Assembly: GCA_951406725.2 (NCBI GenBank)
Contig: OX597836.1
Location: forward strand, 16,430,001-16,494,000
Length of the DNA stretch: 64,000 bases
Direction: 5' to 3'
From: Octopus vulgaris
Lineage: Eukaryota
Shown: positions 40,596-54,592 of the stretch, piece by piece
Layout of the letters: every line of letters starts with the position of its first letter
Position numbering within the stretch: the stretch's first letter is position 1
The notes under the pieces: generated by a model
The model's input: only the letters and a program-made list of their open reading frames with translations
Told to the model about the DNA's origin: nothing
Databases searched by the model: none
Made by a program: the position numbers and the translations under genes

Positions 40596-41249
40596 GGTTT
40601 CAAATTTTGCCACAAAGGGTAGCAATTTTTGCGGGGAGGGGTGATGAGTCGATTACATCGACCCCCCACAGTTCAACTGGTACTTATTTTATCGACCCCG
40701 AAAGGATGAAAGGCAAAGTCGACCTCGGCGGAATTTGAACTCAGAACGTAGCAGCAGACGAATTACCTATTTTTTTTACTACCCACAAGGGGCTAAACAC
40801 AGAGAGGACAAACAAGGACAGACAAATGGATTAAGTCGATTATATCGACCCCAGTGTGTAACTGGTCCTTAATTTATCGACCCCGAAAGGATGAAAGGCA
40901 AAGTCGACCTCGGCGGAATTTGAACTCAGAACGTAATGGCAGACGAAATACCGCAAAGCATTTCACCCGGCGTGCTAACGATTCTGCCAGCTCGCCGCCT
41001 TTCGACGGGTGTAATACCTATTTCTTTACTACCCACAAGGGGCTAAACACAGAGGGGACAAACAAGGACAGACATAGGTATTAAGTCGATTATATCGACC
41101 CCAGTGCGTAACTGGTACTTAATTTATCGACCCCGAAAGGATGAGAGGCAAAGTCGACATCGGCGGGATTTGAACTCACAACGTAACGGCAGACGAAATA
41201 CCGCTAAGCATTTCGCCCGGCGTGCTAACGATTCTGCTAGCTCGCCGTC

Positions 41250-41251
<2 letters not shown>
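40596..41251 (-). mobile_element. SINE C cluster: tail-1/tail-2 hetero-dimer (40596-41001) and adjacent full monomer (41013-41251)
   Basis: Family C bodies; the monomer 3' end is followed by GGTATT on its sense strand. Confidence 0.88.
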
Positions 41252-41317
<66 letters not shown>

Positions 41318-41330
41318 CATAATAATAATA

Positions 41331-42230
41331 ATTTCTTTACTAACCACAAGGGTTTACATTAAGAAAAATATGGATAGTACAGGACAAAACAAAGAATGTG
41401 TGTGCGTGTATGTATGTGCGTGTGTATTGTGAGGGTTTTGCATGTAAACAAGATCAACGAATTTTTTTTTTAAATCAACATGTGATCCTCAATAAGGAGG
41501 AAACGTTCGATGGCTGATCGAGGAAAAACTCCATAAAAAAACCGTGGGTACCCTGACTTTTGAGGTAGGTGCCTTTTTTCCTTTTCTTTTTTATTATTAT
41601 TTTTTTCAACTACAGGCGTATGCTCCAGGGCCAGGCCCGTTCCCTCGTACCATTCTCGCCACTTTCATCCACCTTTCAGCAAATTGGTGAGAAGACAACA
41701 CTTCCCTCTCAACTCTTATTTTCCTTTTCAAATGAAAATCGAAGAAATTCATCAAGGATTGGCCAAGGAGAAAAGTGTTTGTCTTCAGCCCCTTCAATCT
41801 CGTCCACCATACAATCTCTTTTGCCATGACCACCGAGTATATAAACACAGCCTTTCCTTCACAGTTAAAGGAAGGCGACGGTGCGAACTTCACGATGGAT
41901 TCAGTTGACAGCCGGATCCGTCCCACGCACGACAGCACAGATGTTCGACATAAACCCATAGGTCAGCAATGCTCGGGCACAGGACGAGTGCATGCAGGAC
42001 TGTCTCGTCATCTTGCGCGCATCTCGGACATACTTGGCTGACGGCACTTTCGTAACCGTAAAGTTTATCTCGATCGGGCAAAGCTCCTCGGTAGCACTGC
42101 CAAGCCAGAGATTTTTGGAAATTATCCATCGGTCCCGGGCCGAAAGTTATTCGGAAAAGAGCGGCTAGTTGATCTTCCGACGCCCACGGTCTCCCCAAGA
42201 ACGTCGTCGCACTTTTCTTCCACTAATCCT
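41331..42230 (-). mobile_element. Tx1/L1-clade LINE 3' end (C-terminal zinc finger plus 3' UTR)
   Basis: LAWQCYRGALPDRDKL...VCPRCAQDDETVLHALVLCPSIADLW is an L1/Tx1-type C-x2-C...ET..H....C finger; ~275-bp 3' UTR then (TAT)n. Confidence 0.85.
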
Positions 42231-42309
42231 CTATCACAAGCTAAATTGGACGTTCCACCTATCGTACTGTCTTATTGGCTGAGGGCTGTGAGTGCTTGAA
42301 GACATTATG

Positions 42310-42363
<54 letters not shown>

Positions 42364-42429
42364 TCGACCCAGTGCGAAACTGGTACTTTATTTATCGACC
42401 TCGAGAGGATGAAAGGCAAAGTCGACCTC

Positions 42430-42580
42430 TGCTTCTGATGAATCGAGACATTATAGAGGACTGTAAAAGGGAAAAACAAACCCCAATGACTTGGACTCGT
42501 CAGCAGAAGGCGTTTGGCAATGTTACACACTCGTAGATACTGGAATCTTTCCACACAAATAATGTAGCTCCAACACTACA
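42430..42580 (+). mobile_element. R4/Dong-like RT fragment
   Basis: LLMNRDIIEDCKREK..MTWTRQQKAFGNVTHS*ILE. Confidence 0.6.
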
Positions 42581-42659
42581 TAATAAGCAGGGATTGGGGG
42601 GGGGGCGGAAATAGCCGCTTAATCAAAGCTACTTAATTGCAGTCCCTTCTTACCAGAAT

Positions 42660-43150
<491 letters not shown>

Positions 43151-43293
43151 TTAAGATAATCGTAACCATCGTTATGGAAACGGTGGTTGCAGCGATGATG
43201 AGGATGGTGGTTGAATGGAAGATATATCGGTAGAATAAATAGGGTTTCCGTCAGTTTTCACGATGAGTGTTCTAGTCGGTCGAACAACTAGAC

Positions 43294-43451
<158 letters not shown>

Positions 43452-43457
43452 ATGTAT

Positions 43458-43495
<38 letters not shown>

Positions 43496-43891
43496 TATAT
43501 ATGTACATATGTATGCATGGACAAACAGATAGATAGATAGACAGCTTCCTCTCTATCGCACGTGAGTGCGCTTTCTCTCGGTCTCTCTCTCTCTCTCCCT
43601 CTCTCTCCCTCAACGCCTTCCGCATTTAATGTTCCTCATCAATTTTATTCCGCTTTATTTCTTCATTTATCTAAATTTTTATTTAAAAAAAAAAGAACTC
43701 TTTTTTTTTCTTGGGGTTTTCAATCAATTTTCTCCTTGATGTTTTAAATGACGTGATTTAGAAACCCCCACCTACTCACCTAACCTTCACCTACCTCTAC
43801 CTACCTATGCATCTACCTATCCCTTAACTTACCTTCCTTAACTGCCTACACACCTACCTATCTAGCTGTCTTATGCATTTGTGTCCGTCAG

Positions 43892-44275
43892 GTGGAGGCG
43901 CAATGGCCCAGTGGTTAGGGCAGCGGACTCGCGGTCGTAGGATCGTGGTTTCGATTCCCAGACCGGGCGTTGTGAGTGTTTATTGAGCGAAAACACCTAA
44001 AGCTCCACGAGGCTCCGGCAGGGGATGGTGGTGATCCCTGCTGTACTCTTTCACCACAACGTTCTCTCACTCTTACTTCCTGTTTCTGTTGTACCTGTAT
44101 TTCAAAGGGCCAGCCTTGTCACTCTCTGTGTCACACTGAATATCCCTGAGAACTACGTTAAGGGTACACGTGTCTGTGGAGTGCTCAGCCACTTACACGT
44201 TAATTTCACGAGCAGGCTGTTCCGTTGATTCGGATCAACCGGAACCCTCGTCGTCGTAACCGTGGAGTGCTTCCC
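43892..44275 (+). mobile_element. SINE family A (tail 1), full length
   Basis: 11-bp TSD tgtgtccgtca (43880-43890 / 44276-44286). Confidence 0.93.
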
Positions 44276-44340
44276 TGTGTCCGTCAACTCTTTATAGCTA
44301 TTCTTTTAATAAAAAAAAAATGATAATAATGATGATGATG

Positions 44341-44548
44341 ATTTCAAATTTTTGTACAAGGCCAGCAAGTTCGGTGGAGGGAGTAAGTCGATTACATCGA
44401 CTCCCAGTGCGTAACTGGTACTTAATTTATTTATCGACCCTAAAAGGATGAAAGGCAAAGTTGACCTCGACGGAATTTGAACTCAGAACGTAGCGGCGGC
44501 AGACGAAATATCGCTAAGCATTTCGCCTGGTGGGCAAACGATTCTGCC

Positions 44549-44549
<1 letters not shown>
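44341..44549 (-). mobile_element. SINE C (tail 2)
   Basis: Family C body plus ctggccttgtacaaaaatttgaaat on the minus strand. Confidence 0.8.
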
Positions 44550-44604
<55 letters not shown>

Positions 44605-44606
<2 letters not shown>

Positions 44607-45133
44607 GCTTCTGATCTTAACTGATTGCAAGTGTTATCATGTACATTGTTTTGTCTTGGTATAAAAAAGATGGGCTACAGCAAATGTTCTGCTCAATGCC
44701 ACAGATTTGCTTGTCAGTTGTTTGACCTTAACCAGTTGAGCATGTCCCTCAGTGGCTGACGATATGTGCATCTCTGATCACGAGCAGAAGTAGTGGGGAA
44801 GCATTCTAGCCGTGTCTTGAAAGGAATTGTTGGAGGTTTGGACAATTCAACTTTAGAAACATGGGTGGTTCGTTCAACATCCTTAAACAATCCTTATTTA
44901 TTCAGGGACCTTTTGAGCGGGATGGGCTACTCGACCAGAAAAAAATTCTAACTGGGCCCCACCTGCAAGGTCATGCGCTGTTTATCTTGATATGAGATCA
45001 CCATGTCGCGCACATATGATTGTGATACATGTGCTTGATGTACCCTTATCAGACGGGTAGTCATGATGGGCATCCCGGGCTTCGTATATTTTACCCCAGT
45101 GTCACTTTGATGGCATGCACTGCTCTCTCATTC
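44605..45133 (+). mobile_element. Family D copy embedded in (AAT)n
   Basis: Reverse complement of 8746-9262; pure (AAT)n on both sides. Confidence 0.85.
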
Positions 45134-45220
<87 letters not shown>

Positions 45221-45311
45221 AAGAAGAAGAAGAAGAAGAAGAAGAAGAAGAAGAAGAAGAAGAAGAAGAAGAAGAAGAATAATAATAATAATAAGAAGAA
45301 GAAGAAGAAGA

Positions 45312-45635
45312 ATACCAGTGATCGTAGGAGCACTAGGAATGATCAAGAAGGGAACCGAAAATTATATGAGAATGATCCCTGGCTTACCATCCCTGCAAGA
45401 AGTGCAAAAGATTGTCTTAACTGGTACATCACACGTATTGAGAAGAGCATTGTCGTTGTGAGAACTATTACTACCCATGTATTTTAATTTAACTTTAAAA
45501 AAAATGTTTTTTTTAAATGAACGAACTATTGAGTTTAGTTTAATGGCCTACCAATGTATACAATGAGTTTCTTTGCCCTAGGAGTCGGGAAGACACCCGG
45601 CAAGAAATGGAAGCAAATTTGAAAGAAGAAAAAAA

Positions 45636-45637
<2 letters not shown>
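45312..45637 (+). mobile_element. R4/Dong-like LINE 3' end
   Basis: IPVIVGALGMIKKGTENYMRMIPGLPSLQEVQKIVLTGTSHVLRRALSL*, then 3' UTR and (TAA)n. Confidence 0.85.
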
Positions 45638-45730
<93 letters not shown>

Positions 45731-45789
45731 CAACAACAACAACAACAACAGCAACAACAACGACGACGATGGTGATAATGATGATGATG

Positions 45790-45860
45790 ATTTCTTTATT
45801 AACCACAAGGGTTTTACATTAAGAAAAACATGGACTGTACAGGACAAAACAAAGAATGCG
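45790..45860 (-). mobile_element. Extreme 3' end of the Tx1-like LINE
   Basis: Matches 41331-41400. Confidence 0.8.
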
Positions 45861-46220
45861 TGTGTGTATGTGTGTGAGTGTGTGTAATGCAATTTTATAT
45901 TCTCATGAAAGCTACTTTACCAATAAGTTTCACACCAGAAATTGAGATAAGCCGAGCACTATTCAGAAAGGAAAAGCTGAAAGGAAGAGGTTCGCCATTG
46001 TCATTGGAATGGTGTGTGTGCCCGTGTGTTGTATGTGTGTGTGTACGTGTGTGTGTGTTTGTATGTGTGCGTGCGTTTGTGTATGTACGTGTGTGTGTGT
46101 GTGTGTGTGTGCGTGTTAGTGTGTGTGAGTATGTGTGTGTTTGGAAACCGTTTATTATAGTTATAGATAACGTTATCAAACTAGTCATTGTTTTCATAAC
46201 TTGTGGGTCTCAAAACGATA

Positions 46221-46269
<49 letters not shown>

Positions 46270-46766
46270 AAGTCTATGTATCTATCAATCTCTTAACCTT
46301 GATAGCTGTTGATATAATTTTCTATTGAACTATCTTTTCCTCTGTATGTTGGTGTATGTATATATATGTATGCATGTATGTAAGTATATATGTATGTATG
46401 CATGTATGTATTTGTATGTATGTATGCATTTACATATGTATGCATGTATATGTAAATGTATGTTTGTATGTATGTATGTATGTATGTATGTATGTATGTA
46501 TGTGTGTATGTATGTATATGCATGTATGCATTTACATATGTATGTGTGTGTGTGTGTGGGTGCGATCAATATCCTATCAATCAATTTAATTGCGTTCTAA
46601 TTTCTTGCCGATATATATATATATATATATCCGTGCGTGTGTCCATCTATCTGTTTATCTATTTACTCATCTTTCCATTTATCTATCTACCAACTATCTG
46701 TATGTATATATATATATATACACACAAAGACATACCTGTATATATATACATACACAAACACATACC

Positions 46767-46798
<32 letters not shown>

Positions 46799-46806
46799 AG
46801 CACATA

Positions 46807-46892
<86 letters not shown>

Positions 46893-47124
46893 TGTATATA
46901 TTATGTAACTACATATGTGCGTGTGTGTATCTGTGTGTGTGTGTTTTCGTGATGGCAGCCGTCGACAGAGTCTAAAGTACTTTTAGTTTTCCAGGCTTTA
47001 TACATATTCTTAAGTTTTCAACATGTGAGTGTATGAGACAGAGGGGGGATAGGGGGAGAGAGAAAGAGAGATTGTGTGTGTGTGTGTGTGTGCGGCTCTG
47101 TGTGTGTGAGTGAGTGTACGTGTG

Positions 47125-47159
<35 letters not shown>

Positions 47160-47620
47160 GTGCGTACGCGCCTCTGTCTATCTACTTTTCTGTTCGTGGA
47201 AAACTCGACTTCAAAGAACCATTGTAATTACAACTCTTTAGTCCAGTGGAATGGACAAATGCGAGGAAGTATGAAATGAAGAACAACAACAACAACAACA
47301 ACAACACCAACAACAACGTTAACAATAACAACATCAACAACAATTACAACAACAACAACGATGGCGACGACGGCGACGGCTATACAACTTGTGTGAATCT
47401 CTTTGTCGAAAGCAGTAAATTAGCAGACATATTGTATCTTTAGAATGAGTGATTTACAGCATCCGTTCCGGCTCTCTGCGCTCTGAGATCACATACGGCC
47501 AAGGTCATGACCTCTTTTTCTCCTTTGAACATCGATAAATAAAGTACCAGTCCCGTTCTGGGGGGTCGGTTCTTCTCTTTCTCTTTTTGGTTTATCTGTG
47601 TAATCCCACTGGTGTAGCCT

Positions 47621-47931
47621 GTGGAGGCACATGGCCTAGTGGTTAGAAGCAGCGGACTCGCAGTCGAGGGATCGCGGATTCGAATCTCAGACCGGGTGAT
47701 GTATGTGTTTATGAGCGAAACACCTAAGCTCCACGCGGCTCCGGCAGAAAGTAATGGCGAAACTTCTGCTGACTTTTTCCCCACGACTTTCTCTCGCTCT
47801 TTCCTCCTGCATCTTGCAGCTCATCTGCGACGGACCGGCGTCCCGTCCAGATGGGGAACCTATACGCCAAGGAAACCGGGAAACCGGCCCTTATGAGCCA
47901 GGCATGGCTCGAGAAGGAACAAGCAAAATCC
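47621..47931 (+). mobile_element. SINE family A head with alternative tail 2
   Basis: Same tRNA head and ~100-bp body, then a different 3' part; TSD ggtgtagcct (47611-47620 / 47932-47941). Confidence 0.85.
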
Positions 47932-48419
47932 GGTGTAGCCTTGTCACAATGTATTATGTTGATTCGGCTTAAATGGTACACATGTCTGCGAAATACATGG
48001 TCACTAACACATTAACTTCATGAGTAAGGAGTGGCTGTGGTTAAAAAAATCCAGATCTCATAGGTTCATTCAATATCAGCATGGGAGTCGTTCGATAGTG
48101 CAAATACCTGTGATTTCATAGGCTTACATATACATATATACTACAGGCACTAAGTTAAGTATCGGGTTATACAGAGATGATGGGCTGACCGTATCATTTC
48201 AAACAAGCTATTATATACAGGACACATTTAGGAAAGACTTATAGAAAGCCAACCAATCAACATACAATTTATGCTATTAGTTTAGCCAATCATCAACGAA
48301 GCTAGCTTTAGACTGAAGAAAAATTCTATCCACAAATAAATGATATATAAAGGTATATCCAGATTTTTTAAGAAGAGAGTTGGGTGTTACATGAGGGAGA
48401 ACAGGGAACTCCGACATGT

Positions 48420-48672
48420 AGCTTTTGCCGAACGACCTGCATAAAGGATTTTTTTATAGTGATCAAATGTATAAGCTGTACATTAGCTCAATCCCTCTAT
48501 CAAGTCGACATTACCTGAACAGGTGCACAGTGTACAACGCATCAGGTGTGGAGATGATCGCAGAACAACGTGAGATGAAGTGCTTTGCTCAAGAACACAA
48601 CGTATCACTCGATCTGGGAATTGAAACCAAGATCTCACGATCATGGGTGCAACACTTTAACTACTAGGCCAT
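48420..48672 (-). mobile_element. SINE family E head with a different body
   Basis: Shares head and gttcttgagcaaagcactt with 10960-11063. Confidence 0.65.
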
Positions 48673-48973
48673 GACAATCCGATCTAAATTCTCCACAAGC
48701 TCTCAGAAACAGCTGTAAGTAAAAGATGTGCAAATAAAGAAATGTGTAAAGCCCATTCTTTATGCCTTTTCTTACACGCAAACAAACATACAGACACACA
48801 TTAATGTATACATATATTAATACATATACTTCTAATATAAGGATAAAAATTTTATCAGTAGCCAGCATATGAAAAATACCTTTTAAGGTGAAATTTTAAA
48901 TGCAATTATAAATAAGAGCAAGTCAAAAATTTTTTATGTGGTTAGATGATTTAGAATCTATTTTTGAGCATAT

Positions 48974-49138
48974 CGGTGGTTCCCAACCTTTTCACTACCA
49001 AGGACCCCTTTTATTTAAATGAGTTTTCCCGGGGACCCCAAGATATTGAAAAGTTTTTCAGATTAACATGCTGATGGACTCCCAGTACTACCTTTGCAGA
49101 CCACAAGGGGTCCGCGGGCCACTGGTTGGGAACCACTG
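48974..49138. mobile_element. hAT (Charlie-like) MITE
   Basis: TIRs cggtggttcccaacc / ggttgggaaccactg; 8-bp TSD only partly retained. Confidence 0.75.
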
Positions 49139-49602
49139 ATCTATATCTACATTCAAACAGAATGTAGGGCGCTGGTGAGTAGAGATTTAGACGGTGTTGC
49201 ATTGAGTGAACCAAGACCCGTGTTTATTATTAAATACCGTTGAATTAACTGAATATTATATTACTTGCATATCACTATTGGAGTTTAGTTCCATCTTTTA
49301 ATGTTATCGTTAATTTCCTCTAAGTTATTCCTGATAACTAATTTTAATTCAGTTTCTGGAAGATTAAATAGCTTAGATTTTGAATTCGATCAAAAATTCT
49401 CTTTGTGATCCTTAAAGGTTATGTATGCTTCACTTTTAGCTTAATACAATGATTTTATTTAAATTTTTCTCTCTCTCTCTCTTCTCTCTATCTCTTTCTC
49501 TGGCTCTCTTTTTCCTTCTTTCTCTCTCTCCCTCCCTCTTTCTCTCTTTCTGTCATTCTTTCTCTCTCTCTCTCTTTCTTTCTCTTTCTCTATTTCTGTA
49601 TA

Positions 49603-49673
<71 letters not shown>

Positions 49674-49675
<2 letters not shown>

Positions 49676-49890
49676 AGACGGCGAGCTAGAAGAATCGTTA
49701 ACACAATGGACGAAACAGCAGTATTTCGCCCGTCGCTACGGTCTGAGTTCAAATTCCGCCGAGGTCGACTTTGCCTTTCATCCTTTCGGAGGTCGATAAA
49801 TTAAGTACCAGTTGCGTACTGGAGTCGATAAAATCGACTGGTCCTCTCACACAAAATTTCAGGCCTGTACCTTTTGTAGAAAGGATTCTT
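49674..49890 (+). mobile_element. SINE C (tail 3), diverged
   Basis: Head, body and aaatttcaggcctgtaccttttgtagaaagga. Confidence 0.8.
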
Positions 49891-50519
49891 TTATTCTTTG
49901 AAGCTGCGGCAATGCTGGGGCACCGCCAATTATTATTATTATTATTATTATTGTTATTGTTATTATTATTATTATTATTATTATTGATAATGATGATGAT
50001 GATGATGATGATGGCGTATATGTATTAATATATGTATGTGGTGGTGATGGTGGTGGTGGTGATGGTGGTGGTGATGGTGGTGGTGATGGTGGTGGTGGTG
50101 GTGATGGTGGTGGTGGTGGTGGTGATGATGATGTTGGTGATGGTGAAGGTGATGATGATGATGGTGGTGGTGGTGGTGGTGGTGGTGGTGATGATGATGG
50201 TGGTGATGATGACGACGATGACAACGACGACGACGACGACGATGATGATGATGATTATGATGATGGTGGTGGTGGTGATAATCCTCCACCAAAAGGGCAG
50301 TAACTTTGGAGTAGGAGATGAGTCGATTACATCGACCCAGTGTTCAACTGGTACTTGTTTTATCGAGCTCGAAAGGATGAAAGGCTAAGTCAAGTAATAA
50401 AAATACTACCAATACCACCATGAGTTTACACTCGTATTTTTTTGGTAATTTTGGCTAATAATATTAAGCCATAGATTATGAGCGCTGGTTCTTTCCTCAT
50501 AAGCGGTATTTATTTGTCA

Positions 50520-51126
50520 GAGGCGGTGAGCTGGCAGAATCGTTAGCAGCTCGGGCAAAATGCTTACCGGTATTTTCTCTGCCGCTACGTTTCTGAGTTC
50601 AAATTTCGCCGAGGTCAACTTTGCCTTTCATCCTTTCGGGGTCGATTAAATAAGTACCAGTTACGCACTGGGGTCGATATAATCGACTTAATCCGTTTGT
50701 CTGTCCTTGTTTGTCCCCTCTCTGTGTTTAGCCCGTTGTGGGTAGTAAAGAAATAGGTATTTTCTCTGCCGCTACGTTTCTGAGTTCAAATTTCGCCGAG
50801 GTCGACTTTGCCTTTCATCCTTTCGGGGTCGATTAAATAAGTACCAGTTACGCACTGGGGTCGATATAATCGACTTAATCCGTTTGTCTGTCCTTGTTTG
50901 TCCCCTCTCTGTGTTTAGCCCCTTGTGGGTAGTAAAGAAATAGGTATTTTCTCTGCCGCTACGTTCTGAGTTCAAATTTCGCCGAGGTCGACTTTGCCTT
51001 TCATCCTTTCGGAGTCGCTTAAATAAGTACCAGTTACGCACTGGGGTCGATATAATCGACTTAATCCGTTTGTCTGTCCTTGTTTGTCCCCTCTCTGTTT
51101 AGCCCCTTGTGGGTAGTAAAGAAATA
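50520..51126 (+). mobile_element. SINE C trimer (one head plus three units)
   Basis: 17-bp TSD ggtatttatttgt(c/g)aga (50505-50521 / 51127-51143). Confidence 0.93.
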
Positions 51127-51477
51127 GGTATTTATTTGTGAGAGAGTATAAAAGATAGCTTTTTTTCCCCCCTTAATTATTATTGTTCGTCGTGTCAGCG
51201 CTAAGGTTACCTTGGAATGAGTTAGTGTACTTACAGAACCGTGTGCAGGTTATAATTCCGTAGAGGTCGGATTCGCAAGGTTTAAGTCCCTTAATCCTTG
51301 GTGGACTTGTTCGCATTTTAATACCGCGGATGATCTCTGGATGTTTGAATGGAATCAGAAGTGGAGAAGAAACCTTTCTAGTGCATTTACTTAACCGGTA
51401 CCAGTTTAAGCAGATTAATATTAATCGTGTGTGTGTGTGTGTGTGTGCGTGTGTGTATGTGTGTGTGTGCGTGTGGT

Positions 51478-51517
<40 letters not shown>

Positions 51518-51989
51518 ATCAAGGCATGAAAGAGAAAAAGAGAGAAAGTGTAGGTCTTAGTATTTGTGGAAATGCCAGCGTATGCTTGTGCGTGCGTGTG
51601 TGTTTGCGTGTATGCATGCGCGCGTGTATGTGTATGTTTATGTGTGTATGTGTGTGTGTATGTGTGTGTGTATGTGTGTGTACAGCCAAATGTACGTACA
51701 TGCATATACACGTACATATATTTGTATAGGTATATATGCATGTTTATCTGTATATACGTGTGTGTGTGTGTGTGTGTGCTTATACGTAGATATATGGGAT
51801 AGATAAAAGCGAAAGCGATGGTGTATGTGTGTATGTATGTAAGTGTGTATATGTGTGTGCGTGTGCTTCAAAGGATGTGAGTTTGTGTATAAGTCCATGT
51901 GTATGATATTGTGAAAGATGGTGTGTGGGAGTGAATAGCGTGGAGGGATTATTTATGTGTATATGCGCGTGTGTACTAGTGCGTATATA

Positions 51990-52039
<50 letters not shown>

Positions 52040-52206
52040 CACACACATATATATACATATATATGTCTGTATATACATATATATGCGTGAGTGTGTGTGT
52101 GTGTACTTAGAAGTATATATGTAAATATATATATATATATATTTATATGTACATACATATATACATACACATATATCCATATATATATATATGTATGTAT
52201 GTATCT

Positions 52207-52750
52207 GACATATCATCATCTGGAAAAGACTTTCTAACTAGAAAGGGTATGGCCTGGTCAGCCTGTAATGACATGCATAAGATCTGGTCATCAAATCTAA
52301 GTAGAGACTTCAAACTTGAAATCTTCAAAGCCACAGTCGAACCAATTCTACTATATGGCTCAGAAACCTGGACGTTATCAAAGAAGCTTGAGAGGCGGTT
52401 GGATAGAACCTACACTCGCCTCCTTATGAGAGCTCAAAATCTCTCGTGGAAGCGCCATCCAACCAAAATGCAAATATATGGGAAACTACCACCTGTGTCA
52501 TCTCTTGTGAAAGGTAAGAGAGTCCAGTTTGCTGGACATTGTTGTAGAGCTGAAAAAGAGGTGATTTCTACTCTTCTCCTCTGGAAGCCATCTACCCGCA
52601 ATACCAGAGGGCGCACTCTCCTACCCTGATGTAATCTCCAGGAATACAGGCATCCAGCAACAGGACCTCCGTAATGCCATGATGGACCGTGAAGTCTGGC
52701 GTAGCATGGTAAATTCCATTGTCTCGACCACGGTCGAACAATGATGATTA
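52207..52750 (+). mobile_element. RTE-clade LINE, 5'-truncated 3' end
   Basis: RKGMAWSACNDMHKIWSSNLSRDFKLEIFKATVEPILLYGSETWTL...QFAGHCCR...MMDREVWRSMV; (TGA)n tail. Confidence 0.88.
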
Positions 52751-53123
52751 TGAATGATGTGTGTGTATGTATGTATGTATGTATGTATGTATGTATGTAT
52801 GTATGTATGTATGTATGTATGTATGTATGTATGTATGTATGTATATGTCGTTGTTGTTAAGCGATCAGAATTTGAACATTCTCTTTTCTTCTCTCCTACA
52901 TGTTGGGGATATTCTGGTATAAATAGTGATCAGCTGAAATACTCGGGTAACTGTTTAGGGGCTTCCGAAGTGTATCAGCGTTTTGGTTGGTCACGGGTGG
53001 CGTGGACTGAATGCAAAATGTAGCAGAGTCGAAACAGTGACCTGGTTTTTGTTTATTGGAGAGATGTACAAAAAGTGGGTTTCATAGATTTGCAAATATA
53101 TAAATTTGCCAATACATACATAG

Positions 53124-53165
<42 letters not shown>

Positions 53166-53475
53166 GTAGTACATCATATACCCTGCTGGTAATTTTGGCT
53201 ATATCCTTTAAGTATTATTTCGTGATGGGCAAACTGATATCATGAGGTTACTCTGTCAGATATTCTCATTAGGTTATTTTTGCATTATCTGAAATAGAAT
53301 ACCCGCATATCGATTAATCCCTAAAGAAAATTGAATATTGACTTTTATCAGATACTTTGTATATTTATAGATAGATATATAAATATACGATAAATAAGAC
53401 CCTCAAAGTACGATATGTAGATACATATAACGCTGTAGGGTTACACCTGATTGATTTTGAAAATTTTTTTCCCAA

Positions 53476-53519
<44 letters not shown>

Positions 53520-53525
<6 letters not shown>

Positions 53526-53935
53526 ATCCAAACAAGAAAGCACAAAAAAACACAACAACGCGAGGACGTGGAACAAATATAGTATTATTGGACGCTCAGG
53601 AAAGAAGGAAAGAAGGAGGGTTTAACGTTTCGAGCGGAGCTCTTCGTCGGAAACATAGGAGAAGGAAAGATCCAGAGAAGGGAAGACAGAGGAAAAAAAT
53701 CGCCAACGGTACACACGCGGTCAATGGTGTCATTGAGACCCAAAGGTGTCAGGTAATGCTGTATAAGTGCTATAGACAGACCATAGTTAAGTTCCAGGTT
53801 CGGTGATTTTGCGAATAAGGGGTTCAACGTTGGTCGTATGTCAGCGCGTGTATATAAGAATTTTTTACGTAATGGGATAAAAAAAACCATATGTAAATAT
53901 TGAACAATGAGAATGAGTGCTCAATACCACATTGG
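53520..53935 (-). mobile_element. Penelope-like remnant with terminal repeat
   Basis: Weak endonuclease C-terminal similarity (YLTPLGLND) immediately upstream of a hammerhead motif. Confidence 0.5.
53620..53654 (-). ncRNA. Minimal type I hammerhead motif (U4C core variant)
   Basis: GTTT-CCGACGA-A-GAGC-tcc-GCTC-GAAA-CG-TT-AAAC. Confidence 0.65.
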
Positions 53936-53939
53936 TGCA

Positions 53940-54341
53940 TACTCTTTTACTCTTTTACTTGTTTCAGTTATTTGACTGTGGCCGTGCTGGAGCACCGCCT
54001 TTAGTCGAGCAAATCTACCCCAGGACTTATTCTTTGTAAGCATAGTACGTATTCTATCGGTATCTTTTACCGAACCGCTTAGTTACGGCGACGTAAACAC
54101 ACCAGCATCGGTTGTCAAGCGATGTTGGGGGGACAAACACAGACACACAAACATATACACACACATATTTATATACATATATACGACGGGCTTCTTTCAG
54201 TTTCCGTCTACCAAATCCACTCACAAGGCTTTGGTCGACTCGAGGCTATAGTAGAAGACACTTGCCCAAGGTGCCACGCAGTGGGACTGAACCCGGAACC
54301 ATGTGGTTGGTAAACAAGCTACTTACCACACAGCCACTCCT
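53940..54341 (-). mobile_element. SINE family B, full length
   Basis: Reverse complement of the 36771 copy. Confidence 0.92.
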
Positions 54342-54460
54342 TCATTTTTTACTAAGGCTGCCATTGGTTTCATATTAAAAAAGCTCTCAATTTTTCAAGC
54401 CGCTCGCTTGCAAAAATCGATGCTAGTCTCCATTTTTGATATGTGTGTGTGTGTGCGCGC

Positions 54461-54592
<132 letters not shown>

